Assembly (NCBI GenBank): GCA_029379265.1
Contig: JAQYWN010000583.1
Location: forward strand, 1-5,360
Direction: 5' to 3'
DNA length: 5,360 bases
Origin: Rhizonema sp. NSF051
Lineage (GTDB): Bacteria > Cyanobacteriota > Cyanobacteriia > Cyanobacteriales > Nostocaceae
Shown here: positions 5,050-5,360 of the stretch, one piece after another
Numbering within the stretch: position 1 is the stretch's first letter
Layout of the letters: every line of letters starts with the position of its first letter
Position numbers and translations under genes: made by a program
Notes under the pieces: model-generated
Seen by the model: the letters and a program-made list of their open reading frames with translations, nothing else
The model's database searches: none
What the model was told of the DNA's origin: nothing

Positions 5050-5360
5050 ACCTTCAATATTCAATCCAGAGCGGACAGGAGTTTTCAGACTATCTTGCAG
5101 GAAATTACACGGATCTCGATCTTATGCCTATTGTAGATGTAGTAGACGTAGTTAACCTTAAAGCATTTTCGGGGAATACAAGGCTCAAACTATTAATCTC
5201 TCGTGGCTATGACTTGTCTGTCTCCCCCCACTTATATTTGTTTTCAGTGGGAGCAAGGACGCATAAAGACAAATTGCGTAAGCACCCCAACACCTTCCTC
5301 ACTTTCGGCATACTATTAAGTACAAGCTGGTGTCCTTTCAAAGCAATGGCTCTCAAGTGA
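5046..5360 (+). CDS. Hypothetical 104-aa ORF of unknown function; coding status uncertain
   Basis: A GTG start at 5046 overlaps the NLR stop (GTGA, 5046-5049), and TGA sits exactly at the window end. I recognise no motif or family. The purine-rich GGATGAG about 10 nt upstream is only a weak SD. The sequence has no clear domain-like character. Confidence 0.3.
   Translation: MNLQYSIQSGQEFSDYLAGNYTDLDLMPIVDVVDVVNLKAFSGNTRLKLLISRGYDLSVSPHLYLFSVGARTHKDKLRKHPNTFLTFGILLSTSWCPFKAMALK

Noticed and set aside
5042-5155. Alternative 37-aa ORF from ATG 5042 (MSEPSIFNPERTGVFRLSCRKLHGSRSYAYCRCSRRS)
   Set aside because: It is very short and Arg/Cys/Ser-rich, with composition typical of an off-frame read. 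There is no supporting signal beyond a nearby GAG.

Overview
The window looks cyanobacterial, probably from a filamentous Nostocales-type genome. It has two HIP1 octamers (GCGATCGC), A/T-rich third codon positions and palindrome-rich intergenic DNA. One large + strand gene (1420..5049, 1209 aa) dominates. It encodes a STAND/NLR-like ATPase with an NB-ARC module (Walker A GMGGIGKT, Walker B ILIVIDD, LITTR, GYLPLAL, LHQ in the MHD position) followed by 17 kinesin-light-chain-type TPR units in a strict 126-nt register. Directly upstream, a 130-aa all-helical ORF (967..1359) with a good Shine-Dalgarno lies in the same reading frame as the NLR. Only one TGA (1357..1359) and 20 open codons separate them. 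The NLR ORF has no N-terminal domain, no ATG before its P-loop and no well-placed SD. I therefore read the pair as one effector/adaptor-NB-ARC-TPR unit that is split, pseudogenised or recoded at that stop. A two-gene BELL-plus-NLR-like arrangement is the alternative. A 104-aa ORF of unknown function (5046..5360) overlaps the NLR stop by GTGA. The first ~960 nt have no convincing CDS. They hold a terminator-like hairpin at the window edge, an AT-rich inverted repeat, two hairpins with the same stem core plus a competing central helix, and a perfect 16-bp inverted repeat. No tRNA, rRNA, CRISPR array or recognisable transposase was seen. All functional assignments come from motif recognition by eye, with no database search.
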